64,000 nt of DNA from Alphaproteobacteria bacterium (GCA_011087645.1 JAALLF010000001.1:143687-207686); one strand, 5' to 3'; shown: positions 41,601 to 54,593, numbered from the stretch's first letter. Notes: generated from the letters alone by a model not told the origin. A program made the numbers and translations.

Positions 41601-42722
41601 TTAGGGGCGGCAGACATAGTAACAATTCTGAATATCGTGCTCGAGTTCGTTGACCTCGACCGAGCCGAAGCCGGCCTCGGAGAATATTTCGACCGCCAAC
41701 TGCCGACCCCACATGGCGCCCAGCCCCTCGCCGCCTTCCTGGGCCAACGATACGGTCATGCAATGCATGCACGAGATAGTGTAGAGAAGCGGTCCGATCG
41801 GGTGATCGCAGTTTTCGTGTACATGGCTCGAGTCGTTGATATCCTGGGCTAAATAAACCCCGCCGGTATCGAGCGTGCGGCGAATACCGCGCACCATGGC
41901 GCGCGGATTGCCCTGATCGTGGACCGCATCGAAGGTGGTGACGAAATCGAAGGCGGATTCGTCGGCGTCCCGGTCGAAAGTGCCCAGATCACGCACCTGG
42001 AAGGTCAGATTGGTCAGCCCTCGCTCTTCCGCATTGGCCGTCGCCCAGGCAATCGCCTCGGCCGACAAATCGTAACCGGCAAATGTGCTGTTGGGGAACC
42101 ATTCGGCCATCTGGGTCAGCGCCCGGCCGCGGCCACAGCCGAGATCGAGAACCCGGATACCGGTCTCCAACCGCTCGATGAGATCGGGCACCAGCGGCAA
42201 AATATGCTCTCGCAACGCCGGCAAAACCGACTGGCCGCTATCTTCGGCCATCACCTCATGGAAGCGGTTAAAACGCGCGTAGGGCACGCCGCCGCCATTC
42301 TTGAAACAGTCGACGATATCGTCTTCGACCGAACCGAGCTCGGGGATGTACTGGGCAAACACCGCCAGATTATTCGGACCCGCGGCACGGATTAGGCAGG
42401 CCGCGTGCTCAGCCGGCAAATGGTACGTGTTGGTGGCGCCGTCGCAGTCGACGATCCCACTGGCCACCATCGCACCCAGCCACTCGCGCACATAACGTTC
42501 GTTCAGCCCGGCCCGCGCCGCAATATCGGCGCTGGTACCTGCCACGCCATCGGCCATAGCATCGAACAAGCCCGTGCGATGGCCGACCGACGTCATCAGG
42601 CAAATCGCGCCGCCGTTCAGCACGTCGACCAACCGTTCCTCAAAAGCCGCCGCCTTGGCCGCTGAATAACCGTCCTCAGGGGACGGCGATAGAATTTCTG
42701 CTGCAGACATAGTCTTCTCCAT
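41601..42722 (-). CDS. Class I SAM-dependent O-methyltransferase-like protein with N-terminal wHTH/dimerisation domain
   Basis: 373 aa; SAM motif VLDLGCGRGRAL, acidic motif II, N-terminal ~100-aa helical domain as in small-molecule O-MTases. Confidence 0.7.
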   Translation of the reverse strand: MEKTMSAAEILSPSPEDGYSAAKAAAFEERLVDVLNGGAICLMTSVGHRTGLFDAMADGVAGTSADIAARAGLNERYVREWLGAMVASGIVDCDGATNTYHLPAEHAACLIRAAGPNNLAVFAQYIPELGSVEDDIVDCFKNGGGVPYARFNRFHEVMAEDSGQSVLPALREHILPLVPDLIERLETGIRVLDLGCGRGRALTQMAEWFPNSTFAGYDLSAEAIAWATANAEERGLTNLTFQVRDLGTFDRDADESAFDFVTTFDAVHDQGNPRAMVRGIRRTLDTGGVYLAQDINDSSHVHENCDHPIGPLLYTISCMHCMTVSLAQEGGEGLGAMWGRQLAVEIFSEAGFGSVEVNELEHDIQNCYYVCRP

Positions 42723-42739
42723 TTCGCTGCAAAATTTAT

Positions 42740-42768
42740 AACATACCGACCGGTTGGTTTAGTAATGA
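42740..42768. promoter_or_regulatory. Operator-like 29-bp repeat copy 1 (AACATACCGACCGGTTGGTTTAGTAATGA) upstream of the methyltransferase gene
   Basis: Near-identical to copy 2 at 42880-42907; internal dyad ACCGACC/GGTTGGT. Confidence 0.5.
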
Positions 42769-42876
42769 ATTAGGATTTTTGAGTCAACGAATAATTTTCT
42801 CGAACTTTCGTCGAATAGGCCAAATTTTCCCAGAAATACACCGGTAACTTCGCGATTGGCCGAATTGACTTTATTA

Positions 42877-42907
42877 TTTAACATACCAACTGGATGGTAT
42901 ATAATGA
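42877..42907 (+). promoter_or_regulatory. Putative tetR promoter (-35 TTTAAC 42877-42882, 17-nt spacer, -10 TATAAT 42900-42905) overlapped by operator-like repeat copy 2 (AACATACCAACTGGATGGTATATAATGA)
   Basis: Perfect TATAAT 33 nt upstream of tetR ATG; dyad ATACCA-N6-TGGTAT within the repeat. Confidence 0.5.
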
Positions 42908-42937
42908 TGTTCTAAATTATACAGAAATACGATAATC

Positions 42938-43564
42938 ATGGCGCGCGACGGCACAGCAACACGCAATAAGATCCTCGATACAGCTGAAGCGATGATCTTG
43001 GATCAGGGATTTTCGGCAACGTCCATCGACCGTCTGGTCGAGCGGGCGGGCACCACCAAGGGATCTTTCTTCCATCATTTCGACAGTAAGGCGGTGCTGG
43101 CCTACACCCTGGTCGAGCGCTATGCGCGCAGCGATCTAGATCTGTTCGCGGCAAATCGGGCCCGCGCCGAACAACTCAGCCGCGATCCATTACAGCGTGT
43201 GTTGCTCGTGATCGGCCTCTATAAGGAAATGATGGAAGGGCTGACCGAACCGTATCCGGGCTGCCTATTCGCCTCTTACCTCTACGAAGCCAATCTGTTC
43301 GACGATCACACGCTGTCGGTCATCGACGACACTTATCGTGAATGGCGAACCATTCTGGGGGGCATGCTCGAGCAAGCCGCCGAGGTTTACCCGCCACGCG
43401 CCGACATCGATTGCGCCCATCTCGCCGATATGTTCACCGGGAGCCTCGAAGGCGCCTTCATCATGTCGAAGACCCTGAAGGAGCCACAACTGGTGGCCAA
43501 CCAACTGGGTCTTTACCGCGATTTCATCGAGCTACTGTTCCAGCCCAGCCCAGCCGCCAACTAG
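42938..43564 (+). CDS. TetR/AcrR-family transcriptional regulator
   Basis: 208 aa; N-terminal TetR HTH (TRNKILDTAEAMILDQGFSATSIDRLVERAGTTKGSFFHHF). Confidence 0.85.
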   Translation: MARDGTATRNKILDTAEAMILDQGFSATSIDRLVERAGTTKGSFFHHFDSKAVLAYTLVERYARSDLDLFAANRARAEQLSRDPLQRVLLVIGLYKEMMEGLTEPYPGCLFASYLYEANLFDDHTLSVIDDTYREWRTILGGMLEQAAEVYPPRADIDCAHLADMFTGSLEGAFIMSKTLKEPQLVANQLGLYRDFIELLFQPSPAAN

Positions 43565-44046
43565 GCGTCTCGTTGGCGTGCCTGAACGGCGTTTTCCAGC
43601 GCCTGCAGAAATTGCGAACGGTCCTGTTTGGTAAACGACGCGTTGTAATTACCGCCCTGATCGGTTTCGCGCAGATGGCTCTTGAGCTCGCGCATCGCCA
43701 GGGCGTTGCCGATATTCTCTTGGGTGAATGCCTGTCCGGTCGCCCCCAGCGCCTGCGCGCCGGCCTCGAGACAGCGCGCCGCTAAGGGAATGTCCGACGT
43801 CACCGCGATGTCACCGACACCGATATGTTCGGCGATCCAGTCATCGGCGGCGTCAGGGGTTTCGGGAACGACCACACGGTGGATCAGCGGATTGTCGCCG
43901 CCGTGGCGCAGCCAGCTATTGCCGACCAGATGTACGGTCAGGCCATGGCGCGTAGCGACCCGCAACACCTCGTCCTTGACCGGACAGGCGTCGCCATCGA
44001 CGTAAATCTCTACAGGGGGGATTTCCAAATCGGCGTCTTGCGGCAC
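43561..44046 (-). CDS. YaiI/YqgV (UPF0178, DUF188) family protein
   Basis: 161 aa; alignable to E. coli YaiI (IYVDGDACP ... DIAVTSDIPLAA). Confidence 0.7.
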   Translation of the reverse strand: MPQDADLEIPPVEIYVDGDACPVKDEVLRVATRHGLTVHLVGNSWLRHGGDNPLIHRVVVPETPDAADDWIAEHIGVGDIAVTSDIPLAARCLEAGAQALGATGQAFTQENIGNALAMRELKSHLRETDQGGNYNASFTKQDRSQFLQALENAVQARQRDA

Positions 44047-44050
44047 GCGG

Positions 44051-44392
44051 CTAATGGTCCGAGGCTTTGGCGAACCGGTCGCTCAAGCCCGTATCGTAGT
44101 TCAGACCGTCAGGCGTGAGGGTCACGCCCATCGGATCGGTGCGGGTCAGGCCCTTGCGCGCCAGAACGACCCAAACGGCAGGGTTGGCGAACCCGCTGGC
44201 GTCGCGCGAGGCGACCACATACTCACCGACATGCACATGATCGCCATGGGGACGCGGCAGGTTTGTCAGGGTCACCTCGCCACTGACATCGTCGCGCCGG
44301 CTCGACCCCGGGTCATTGGCCAACACCTGCGCCAACGCCAGGGTGCGCGACTGCAGCTTGTTGAGCCTCAAAGGGTTGATCTTCGGCGGCAC
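44051..44392 (-). CDS. Hypothetical protein (113 aa)
   Basis: Single ORF with ATG start, no recognizable motifs; separated from YaiI gene by 4 nt. Confidence 0.35.
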   Translation of the reverse strand: MPPKINPLRLNKLQSRTLALAQVLANDPGSSRRDDVSGEVTLTNLPRPHGDHVHVGEYVVASRDASGFANPAVWVVLARKGLTRTDPMGVTLTPDGLNYDTGLSDRFAKASDH

Positions 44393-44501
44393 CGGTCTCT
44401 CCTGGTCTCTCGGATGTGAGCGTTATGTTGCATGCTCGAACCGCAGGGACCAAACGAAAAGGGCCGGCGCGAGGCCGACCTAAATTTCTGCGGTGCCCGC
44501 T

Positions 44502-44569
44502 CATCCTTCGACAAGCTCAGGATGAGGTTTCGTGAATAAATTTCCTCATCCTGAGCTTGTCGAAGGATG
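44502..44569. repeat. Perfect 26-bp inverted repeat with 16-nt loop just downstream of rpoD
   Basis: CATCCTTCGACAAGCTCAGGATGAGG (44502-44527) / loop TTTCGTGAATAAATTT / CCTCATCCTGAGCTTGTCGAAGGATG (44544-44569). Confidence 0.7.
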
Positions 44570-44589
44570 GGGCTGCCGCTGCGCCGAAC

Positions 44590-46662
<2,073 letters not shown>

Positions 46663-46710
46663 CCCTTATGCGCAGACACACCGGTGCCACCGGTGCTGTC
46701 CACCAAGCCG

Positions 46711-48516
46711 TTACAGCCCGCCTGTTCCCGTTTGTTCTCGGACGATTTCCAGCAGTCGCTCGCTATTCTCAGAAGTCATTTCGTCCGCAAGTTCCTGTTT
46801 CGCCGCCGCACGATCCACTTCCAGCCGATGGCCCCGGTGCCACGCAATAATGTCGGTTAGCGCTCGAGCCGCATCCTCCGCCGTGGCGTCGGGCGCGGCA
46901 AACAGCGCTTGCCGATAAATATTCGCGTTCAGTACGGCTGCCAATGGCTTTTGATATCCGCACTGATGGAGATGGCGTTGCAAGGCCGTGCTGTCAAGGT
47001 CCGGTTTATCGACTGCGACGTTTAAAATCTCCCGCAATATCCTGTCAAGTTCCGTATTTGTCAGGGAAATATCGGAAAGTTCCTCAACGGCACCATGAAC
47101 TAACTCGTTATGGTTAATTATTATTGAAAGTAATACACGTTCCTGGCGTTCACGCAGCGCGCCAAGATCGCCGCGCAGGCCCAAGTCCGCGGGCGGCAGA
47201 CGCCGATCAGGCGCATTTCCAGAGCGAAAACCGCTTCTTGGCCCCTGATCGCGCCTAAATAATGTGCGCAAATGCTCACGAACCCGCTGCTGATAGTGAT
47301 ATTGCACACCGCGATCGGCGATTTTGGCGACATGTTCGTTGAGGCGGCGTTCTAGCGCCGCGCGCTGCTCCGGCGTGGCGAATTTACCTGCCCCGGTTTC
47401 CAACGCCCAGACCACGTCGACCAGGGGGCGCGCCTTGGTCAATAGATCCTCGAACCCGGTTCGCCCGCGCGCGCTGACCAGACTGTCCGGGTCCTCACCA
47501 GCCGGCAGGGTGACAAAGCGCAGGGATTTGCCCGGCTGCAGTAACGGCAGGGCCCGCTCAGCCGCCCGCAAGGCGGCGCGCTGGCCGGCATTGTCGCCAT
47601 CGAAACATAAGATCGGTTCATCGACCATGCGCCACAGGGCGAGCATCTGCTCTTCGGTGAGCGCGGTGCCCAGGGGCGCCACCGCGTGGGGCACGCCGGC
47701 CTGAGCTAGCGCGATGACATCGGTATAGCCCTCGACGACGATAATGGTGCCGGTGGTCCGCGCCGCTTCGCGCGCCTGGGCCCAGTTATAAAGAACCCGG
47801 CCTTTGTGGAATAACGAGGTCTCCGGCGAGTTGAGATATTTCGGCTGGCCGTCACCCAGAATGCGGCCGCCAAAGGCGATGACCTTGCCGCGGCGATCGG
47901 TGATCGGAAAGATCACCCGGTTGAAGAAGTAGTCGCGCGGTTCGCCGCCGCCCTCGGGCTGCTTGACCAGCCCGCCCTCGATCAACTGCTCACGGGTGAC
48001 GTTACGCGCTTCCAGGGCTTGGCCCAGGCGGCCCCGGCCATCAGGGGCATAACCCAATCGAAACTGAGCGATGGTGGCATCGGAAAAACCGCGCCCGCGC
48101 AGATAATCCAGCGCCTGGGCCCCGCCGGGCTGGGCCAGTTGGTTTTCGTACCAGCCGCAGCTCTGCTCCATGACCTGCTGCAGGGTCTCGCGGCCCTTCG
48201 CCATCTCGCGTTCTTGGGGCGTTTCGCGGGGCACCGCCAAGCCGGCCAGCCCGGCGAGCTTCTCCACCGCCTCGGGAAAGCTCAACCCCTCGGTCTCCAT
48301 GGCGAAACTGATGATGTCGCCGTGCGCGCCGCAACCGAAGCAATGATAGAAGCCCTTATCGTCATTGGCGGTGAAGGACGGCGTTTTCTCATTGTGGAAG
48401 GGGCACAAGCCGGTCGATTCCCGGCCACGGCGGGTCAGCTTGACCTTGGGCGCAATCACCTCCGACACCGCGATGCGGGCGCGCAACTCATCAAGAAATT
48501 GGGGCGGAAAGGCCAT
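46711..48516 (-). CDS. dnaG: DNA primase
   Basis: 601 aa; Zn-ribbon CPFHNEKTPSF...CFGCGAHGD, TOPRIM domain (VVEGYTDVIAL), C-terminal DnaB-interaction region; forms dnaG-rpoD operon. Confidence 0.95.
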   Translation of the reverse strand: MAFPPQFLDELRARIAVSEVIAPKVKLTRRGRESTGLCPFHNEKTPSFTANDDKGFYHCFGCGAHGDIISFAMETEGLSFPEAVEKLAGLAGLAVPRETPQEREMAKGRETLQQVMEQSCGWYENQLAQPGGAQALDYLRGRGFSDATIAQFRLGYAPDGRGRLGQALEARNVTREQLIEGGLVKQPEGGGEPRDYFFNRVIFPITDRRGKVIAFGGRILGDGQPKYLNSPETSLFHKGRVLYNWAQAREAARTTGTIIVVEGYTDVIALAQAGVPHAVAPLGTALTEEQMLALWRMVDEPILCFDGDNAGQRAALRAAERALPLLQPGKSLRFVTLPAGEDPDSLVSARGRTGFEDLLTKARPLVDVVWALETGAGKFATPEQRAALERRLNEHVAKIADRGVQYHYQQRVREHLRTLFRRDQGPRSGFRSGNAPDRRLPPADLGLRGDLGALRERQERVLLSIIINHNELVHGAVEELSDISLTNTELDRILREILNVAVDKPDLDSTALQRHLHQCGYQKPLAAVLNANIYRQALFAAPDATAEDAARALTDIIAWHRGHRLEVDRAAAKQELADEMTSENSERLLEIVREQTGTGGL

Positions 48517-48665
48517 CGGTGGCTTTTTGCAGTTGGCTGTTAGCAGTTAGCCACATGACCGAGAGTCGAACCAGTCGTGTGGGGTCGCGATACTAGACCG
48601 CGCGGCCCCTCCGCGAGCAGTAGAAAGTCAGTCTAATTACGGGGATAACTCTCGCCGGACGCGAA

Positions 48666-49127
48666 TCAGCCAGCGCCGAGCTTTTCCTTGACCAGGGCGC
48701 TCGCCTTGCCAAAGTCCATCTGGCCCGCATAGCGCTCGCGCAAGGCGCCCATCACATTGCCCATATCCTTCAGCCCGCCGGCGCCCACATCGGCGATCAC
48801 CTGATCGACCGCGGCGCCGATCTCGCCATCGCCGAGCTGCTGCGGCAGGAACCGCTCGATGATGGCGATCTCCTCGCCTTCCTGCTCGGCCAATTCCAGA
48901 CGACCGCCCTTTTCATACATCTCGATGGAATCGCGGCGCTGCTTCACCATGGTTTGCAGCATCTGCAATATCTCGTCGTCGCCAACGCCATCGGTATTGC
49001 CCTTGCCACGGGCGGCAATGTCGCGATCTTTTAAGGCCGCCATGATCAGGCGCACGGTGGAAACGGCGCGCTTGTCTTGGTCCTTAAGCGCGGTTCTCAA
49101 AGCCTCGGGAATGGCGTTTCGCAGCAT
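48666..49127 (-). CDS. GatB/YqeY-domain protein
   Basis: 153 aa; YqeY family pattern (LKDAMKA-like ALKDRDIA..., C-terminal KDMGNVMGALRERYAGQMDFGKAS). Confidence 0.8.
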   Translation of the reverse strand: MLRNAIPEALRTALKDQDKRAVSTVRLIMAALKDRDIAARGKGNTDGVGDDEILQMLQTMVKQRRDSIEMYEKGGRLELAEQEGEEIAIIERFLPQQLGDGEIGAAVDQVIADVGAGGLKDMGNVMGALRERYAGQMDFGKASALVKEKLGAG

Positions 49128-49388
49128 GTCGATATTCTATTTGGGGGGAAGGCGCAGACGGTAGCGGATTTAGAATGGGATAGCAAATTGGGATTGCCTA
49201 CGTAACTTATTGTTTTCAAACAATATTTCTATTTTCACCAATGCTTGACGACTCCTATCGACTAGCTTAAACAACGCGCAATTTGCGCGCCGGTGAACGG
49301 TGCGCAGGGCTCGAAACTGGGTCTCAGCCATATAATTCATCCCTGGCGGCGCCAACACCGCCGCCTCGCGAACAAGGATCCCATTCGA

Positions 49389-50561
49389 ATGGCCGCTGAC
49401 GCGCGCAACGACCGGAGCCAGCCCGAATGGGCGACCGGCGCGTTGGTTCTGGCCGACGGCACGGTGTTTTGGGCGCGTGGCGTCGGCGCGGTGGGCGCCG
49501 CGGTCGGCGAGGTGTGCTTCAACACCTCGATCACCGGGTATCAGGAAATTCTCACCGACCCGTCCTATGCCGGCCAAATAATCACCTTCACCTTCCCCCA
49601 TATCGGCAATGTCGGCACCAACCCCGAAGACGTCGAGACCAATGTTCCCGCCGCCCGCGGCTGCATTTTGCGCGCCGACATTTCCAACCCGGCGAACTGG
49701 CGCTCGACGCAGCATTTGGATGCCTGGCTGCAATCACGAAATTTGGTCGCCATCGCCGGCGTCGACACCCGCAGCCTGACCCGCGCCATTCGCGACGGCG
49801 GCGCGCCCAACGGCGCCATCGTCAACCAGCCCAATGACCCGATTAATCCCGCCGCCCTGAAAGCCGCCGCCAATAATTGGCCCGGCCTGGAAGGCATGGA
49901 TTTAGCCGCGGAAGTCTCGTGCACCCAGACCTATGAGTGGACCGAGACCCGGTGGCGGCTGGGCGAAGGCTATGGCGAAGCGCAAGCACCGCAACGTCAC
50001 GTGGTCGCCGTCGATTTCGGCGCCAAGCATAATATCCTGCGCTGCCTGGCTGATTTGGGCTGCCGCGTCACTGTTGTGCCGGCCTCAGCCAGCGCGGCAG
50101 ATATACTGCGCCACCGCCCCGATGGGGTGTTTCTATCGAATGGCCCCGGCGACCCTGCGGCGACCGGCGAATATGCGGTGCCGATGATCCGCGAGGTGAT
50201 CGATACCGACGTGCCGGTCTTCGGTATTTGCCTGGGCCATCAAATGCTCGCCCTGGCGCTCGGCGCCAAGACCGAGAAAATGCATCACGGCCATCGCGGC
50301 GCCAATCACCCGGTCAAGGATTTGCAAACCGGCAAAGTCGAGATCACCAGCCAGAACCATGGCTTCGTGGTGGTCGACGAGTCCTTACCGGCGAACGTCG
50401 TCGCGACCCACCGCTCGCTGTTCGACAACAGTCTGGAAGGTCTGCGGGCCACCGACCGGCCAATATTCTCGGTGCAATATCACCCGGAAGCCTCACCCGG
50501 CCCGCAAGACGCTCACTATCTGTTCCAGCGTTTCATCGAAATGATGGAAGAGGCGAGATAG
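49389..50561 (+). CDS. carA: Carbamoyl-phosphate synthase small (glutaminase) subunit
   Basis: Start MAADARN within track ORF 49293..50561; CPSase small-chain N-domain (GEVCFNTSITGYQEILTDPSYAGQI) and class I GATase triad (GICLGHQ ... H ... E). Confidence 0.93.
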   Translation: MAADARNDRSQPEWATGALVLADGTVFWARGVGAVGAAVGEVCFNTSITGYQEILTDPSYAGQIITFTFPHIGNVGTNPEDVETNVPAARGCILRADISNPANWRSTQHLDAWLQSRNLVAIAGVDTRSLTRAIRDGGAPNGAIVNQPNDPINPAALKAAANNWPGLEGMDLAAEVSCTQTYEWTETRWRLGEGYGEAQAPQRHVVAVDFGAKHNILRCLADLGCRVTVVPASASAADILRHRPDGVFLSNGPGDPAATGEYAVPMIREVIDTDVPVFGICLGHQMLALALGAKTEKMHHGHRGANHPVKDLQTGKVEITSQNHGFVVVDESLPANVVATHRSLFDNSLEGLRATDRPIFSVQYHPEASPGPQDAHYLFQRFIEMMEEAR

Positions 50562-50564
50562 ATC

Positions 50565-53500
50565 ATGCCCGCACGCACCGACCTTAAATCAATCATGATT
50601 GTTGGCGCCGGGCCGATTGTTATCGGCCAGGCCTGCGAGTTCGATTATTCGGGCACCCAGGCGGTCAAGGCGCTGCGCGAAGAGGGCTACCGGGTGGTGC
50701 TGGTAAATTCAAACCCGGCGACCATCATGACCGACCCGTCGATGGCCGACGCCACCTATGTGGAGCCGATCACCCCGGACATTGTCGCGCAAATATTGGA
50801 AATGGAGCGCCCCGACGCCATCCTGCCGACCATGGGCGGCCAGACCGCGCTGAACACCTGCCTGACCCTGGCGCGCAACGGCACCTTGGAGCGGCTCGGC
50901 GTCGAGATGATCGGCGCCAAAGCCGATGTCATCGACAAGGCCGAGGACCGGCTGCAATTTCGCGAAGCGATGTCCGAGATCGGCCTGGAATCGCCGCAGA
51001 GCACCTTGGTGCGCGACCGCCAATCGGCCGATGCGGCGCTCGACGATGTCGGCTTGCCCGCCATCATCCGGCCCAGCTTTACATTGGCCGGCACCGGCGG
51101 CGGTGTTGCCTATAACCGCGAGGAATATTTCGAAATCGTCGAAAGCGGCCTCGCCGCCTCGCCGGTCACCGAGGTGCTGGTTGAAGAGTCCGTCCTCGGG
51201 TGGAAAGAGTATGAGATGGAGGTGGTGCGCGACAGCGCCGACAATTGCATCATCGTCTGCTCGATCGAGAATATCGACCCGATGGGCGTGCATACCGGCG
51301 ATTCGATTACCGTAGCGCCGGCGCTGACCCTGACCGACAAAGAATATCAGATCATGCGCGACGCCTCGATCGCGTGTTTGCGCGAAATCGGCGTCGATAC
51401 CGGCGGCTCGAACGTGCAGTTCGCGGTCAATCCGGATAATGGGCGCATGGTGGTCATCGAGATGAACCCGCGGGTCAGCCGCTCGTCGGCGCTGGCCTCG
51501 AAGGCGACCGGCTTTCCGATTGCTAAGATTGCGGCAAAACTGGCCATCGGCTACACGCTGGACGAGCTGGACAACGACATTACCGGCGTCACCCCGGCCA
51601 GCTTCGAGCCGACCATCGATTATGTGGTGACCAAAATTCCGCGCTTCACCTTCGAGAAGTTTCCCGGCACCGACCCGCTATTGACCACCTCGATGAAATC
51701 GGTCGGCGAGGCGATGGCGATTGGCCGCACCTTCGCCGAAAGCCTGCAAAAGGCCCTGCGTTCCATGGAGACTGGCCTCACCGGCCTCAACGAAATTGAA
51801 ATTCCGGGCGCCCATATCGCCGATTCGGGCCGCGATTACGAACCCGATGCGGTGCGCGCGGCGCTGGGCCGGCCGACCCCGGACCGGCTGCTGATCACCG
51901 CGCAAGCCCTGCGGCTCGGCGTCGCCCTTGAAGAAGTGCAACGGGTGACCCGCTACGACCCCTGGTTCCTGGAACAGCTCGCCGGCATCGTCGAGGCGGA
52001 AGCCAATGTGCGCCGCGACGGCCTGCCCGACGATTATGACCGCTTGCTGGGACTGAAGCAGATGGGCTTTTCCGACACCCGCCTGGCCGAGCTGAGCGGC
52101 CAATCAGAAGCCGAGGTAACCGCCTTGCGGCATTCGCTGGCGCTGGCGCCGGTCTATAAGCGCATCGACACCTGCGCCGCCGAATTTCCCAGCCAGACAC
52201 CTTATATGTACTCCGCTTACGAGGGTTGCGCCGCCCAGCCGGGCGAAAACGAAGCGCGGCCCAGCGAACGCGAGAAGGTCATCATCCTGGGCGGTGGGCC
52301 CAACCGCATCGGCCAGGGCATCGAATTCGACTATTGCTGCGTCCACGCCGTATTCGCGCTGATCGAGGCGGGCTACGAGACCATCATGGTCAATTGCAAT
52401 CCCGAGACCGTTTCGACCGACTACGATACCTCCGACCGGCTCTATTTCGAACCGTTGACCGCCGAGGACGTGATCGAGATTTGCCGGGTCGAACAACAGG
52501 CCGGCACCTTGAAGGGGGTGATCGTGCAGTTCGGCGGGCAGACGCCGCTGAAACTGGCCAACGCGCTGGAGGCCGCCGATATCCCCATCCTGGGCACCTC
52601 GCCCGACGCCATCGACCTGGCCGAGGACCGCAAACGGTTCCAGGAAATGCTGCAAAAGCTAAAACTGCGCCAGCCGGAAAACGGCCTCGCCACCAGCGCT
52701 GAGGAAGCGCTGGCCGTAGCGGAACAGCTATCCTTCCCCCTGCTCATCCGCCCGTCCTATGTGCTGGGCGGCCGGGCCATGGAAATCGTCCACGATATGG
52801 ATGGCGTAGTGCGCTACATCACCGAAGCGGTGAAGGTCTCTGGCGATAGCCCAGTGTTGCTCGACAGCTTCCTGCAAGACGCAATCGAGGTCGATGTCGA
52901 CGCGCTGGGCGATACCAAGGGCGATATTTACGTCGCCGGCATCATGGAGCATATCGAAGAGGCCGGCATCCATAGCGGCGACAGCGCCTGCTCGTTGCCG
53001 CCCTTTTCATTGCCCGACGAGGTTCTCGACGAAATTCGCCGGCAAGCGGCGGTGTTGGCGCGGACCCTAAATGTGGTCGGACTGATGAATGTGCAATTCG
53101 CCGTCAAGGATGACGAGGTCTACATCATCGAGGTCAATCCGCGAGCTAGCCGCACTGTGCCGTTCGTCGCCAAGGCAACCGGCATTCCGATCGCCAAGGT
53201 TGCTGCCCGGCTGATGGCCGGCGAGTCGCTGGCCAGCTTCGGGCTTGGTGAAAGCGCGGCGGCGACCGCCCCGGAACTCAGCCATGTCGCCATCAAGGAA
53301 GCGGTGTTCCCCTTCGCCCGGTTCCCCGGGGTCGACACGATTTTGGGCCCGGAGATGAAATCGACCGGCGAAGTGATGGGCCTCGACAGCGATTTCGGTC
53401 ATGCGTTCGCCAAATCACAGCTTGGCGGCGGCACCAAGGTTCCCACATCGGGCCGGGTATTCATATCGGTGCGCGAGCGCGATAAGGCGTCGATGATCGA

Positions 53501-53852
53501 CCTGGCGCGCCGCCTCTCGGAGCTCGGCTTCGAGATCGTCGCGACGCGGGGCACGGCGCGCGCGTTGGAAGATCAAGAGGTTCCGGTCCGCACGATCAAC
53601 AAGGTGCTTGAAGGCCGGCCTCATATTGTTGACGCCATGGCCAACAACGAAATCGATCTGGTGTTCAACACCACCGAGGGCGCGCAATCAATCGCCGACA
53701 GCTACAGCCTGCGGCGTACCGCACTCACCCAGTCCATACCCTACTACACAACCGTCGCTGGCGCGCGGGCGGCACTAATGGCGATTGAGGCAATGAGCGC
53801 CGGTGGTCTTGAAGTCGCGCCCCTGCAGTCTTATTTTAACACGTCGTTTTAA
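50565..53852 (+). CDS. carB: Carbamoyl-phosphate synthase large subunit
   Basis: 1095 aa; duplicated ATP-grasp halves, oligomerisation and MGS-like C-terminal domain; 3 nt after carA stop. Confidence 0.97.
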   Translation: MPARTDLKSIMIVGAGPIVIGQACEFDYSGTQAVKALREEGYRVVLVNSNPATIMTDPSMADATYVEPITPDIVAQILEMERPDAILPTMGGQTALNTCLTLARNGTLERLGVEMIGAKADVIDKAEDRLQFREAMSEIGLESPQSTLVRDRQSADAALDDVGLPAIIRPSFTLAGTGGGVAYNREEYFEIVESGLAASPVTEVLVEESVLGWKEYEMEVVRDSADNCIIVCSIENIDPMGVHTGDSITVAPALTLTDKEYQIMRDASIACLREIGVDTGGSNVQFAVNPDNGRMVVIEMNPRVSRSSALASKATGFPIAKIAAKLAIGYTLDELDNDITGVTPASFEPTIDYVVTKIPRFTFEKFPGTDPLLTTSMKSVGEAMAIGRTFAESLQKALRSMETGLTGLNEIEIPGAHIADSGRDYEPDAVRAALGRPTPDRLLITAQALRLGVALEEVQRVTRYDPWFLEQLAGIVEAEANVRRDGLPDDYDRLLGLKQMGFSDTRLAELSGQSEAEVTALRHSLALAPVYKRIDTCAAEFPSQTPYMYSAYEGCAAQPGENEARPSEREKVIILGGGPNRIGQGIEFDYCCVHAVFALIEAGYETIMVNCNPETVSTDYDTSDRLYFEPLTAEDVIEICRVEQQAGTLKGVIVQFGGQTPLKLANALEAADIPILGTSPDAIDLAEDRKRFQEMLQKLKLRQPENGLATSAEEALAVAEQLSFPLLIRPSYVLGGRAMEIVHDMDGVVRYITEAVKVSGDSPVLLDSFLQDAIEVDVDALGDTKGDIYVAGIMEHIEEAGIHSGDSACSLPPFSLPDEVLDEIRRQAAVLARTLNVVGLMNVQFAVKDDEVYIIEVNPRASRTVPFVAKATGIPIAKVAARLMAGESLASFGLGESAAATAPELSHVAIKEAVFPFARFPGVDTILGPEMKSTGEVMGLDSDFGHAFAKSQLGGGTKVPTSGRVFISVRERDKASMIDLARRLSELGFEIVATRGTARALEDQEVPVRTINKVLEGRPHIVDAMANNEIDLVFNTTEGAQSIADSYSLRRTALTQSIPYYTTVAGARAALMAIEAMSAGGLEVAPLQSYFNTSF

Positions 53853-53965
53853 CGAAGTTGTGGCATGGTTTTGCCCTAACGGCCTTAATCGCAGACATAC
53901 TCATGTGTGCGAACGTGTGTCTTTTGGGTGATTTATAGTTTAACTTTCAAATACTTAGTCGAATC

Positions 53966-54439
53966 ATGGATAAAACACCAATGACCGCTGAGGGTCACGC
54001 AACCCTCCAGGACGAATTGCGCAATTTAAAGACCGTGGAGCGCCCGGCCGTCATCAAAGCCATCGCTGCGGCCCGCGAACACGGTGATTTGTCCGAAAAC
54101 GCCGAATATCACGCGGCGCGTGAACGGCAGAGCTTTATCGAGGGCCGGATCGGCGAACTCGAGGACGCGACAAAACGCGCCGAGATCATCGACACCTCGA
54201 AGCTGAAGGGCAAAACCGTGCGGTTTGGCGCCAAGGTGAAGCTCGCCGACGAAGAGAGCGGCGACGAAATCACCTATCAGTTGGTCGGTGAGTTCGAAGC
54301 GGATTTGAAGAAGAAGAAAATCTCGATCGCCTCGCCCCTCGGTAAAGCTCTGATCGGTCGCGAAGCCGAGGACAGCGTCGAAGTGCAGACGCCCAACGGC
54401 GTGCGCTATTACGAGATCGTCTCCGTCCGCTTCAAATAG
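53966..54439 (+). CDS. greA: Transcription elongation factor GreA
   Basis: 157 aa; GreA N-terminal coiled coil with acidic tip ([16 protein letters not shown]) and C-terminal FKBP-like domain. Confidence 0.93.
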   Translation: MDKTPMTAEGHATLQDELRNLKTVERPAVIKAIAAAREHGDLSENAEYHAARERQSFIEGRIGELEDATKRAEIIDTSKLKGKTVRFGAKVKLADEESGDEITYQLVGEFEADLKKKKISIASPLGKALIGREAEDSVEVQTPNGVRYYEIVSVRFK

Positions 54440-54593
54440 CGCTGCATTTAAGTCCCCTTACTACCCCGAGACAGCTCACCCTTCGAGACGCGCTTCTCAA
54501 GATAAGGCTATCCGAGAATTGTTGGCTCAAATCACTCCTTTGCGCCAAAGCGATCGCCTGTGAAAATAGCCGGCGTCCACCACAGATCAGGAG

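Noticed and set aside
48517-48665. GTGGCT...AGCCAC inverted repeat upstream of dnaG as a regulatory site
   Set aside because: A short 6-bp dyad in a GC-rich spacer. It is expected by chance and has no supporting repeat copy.
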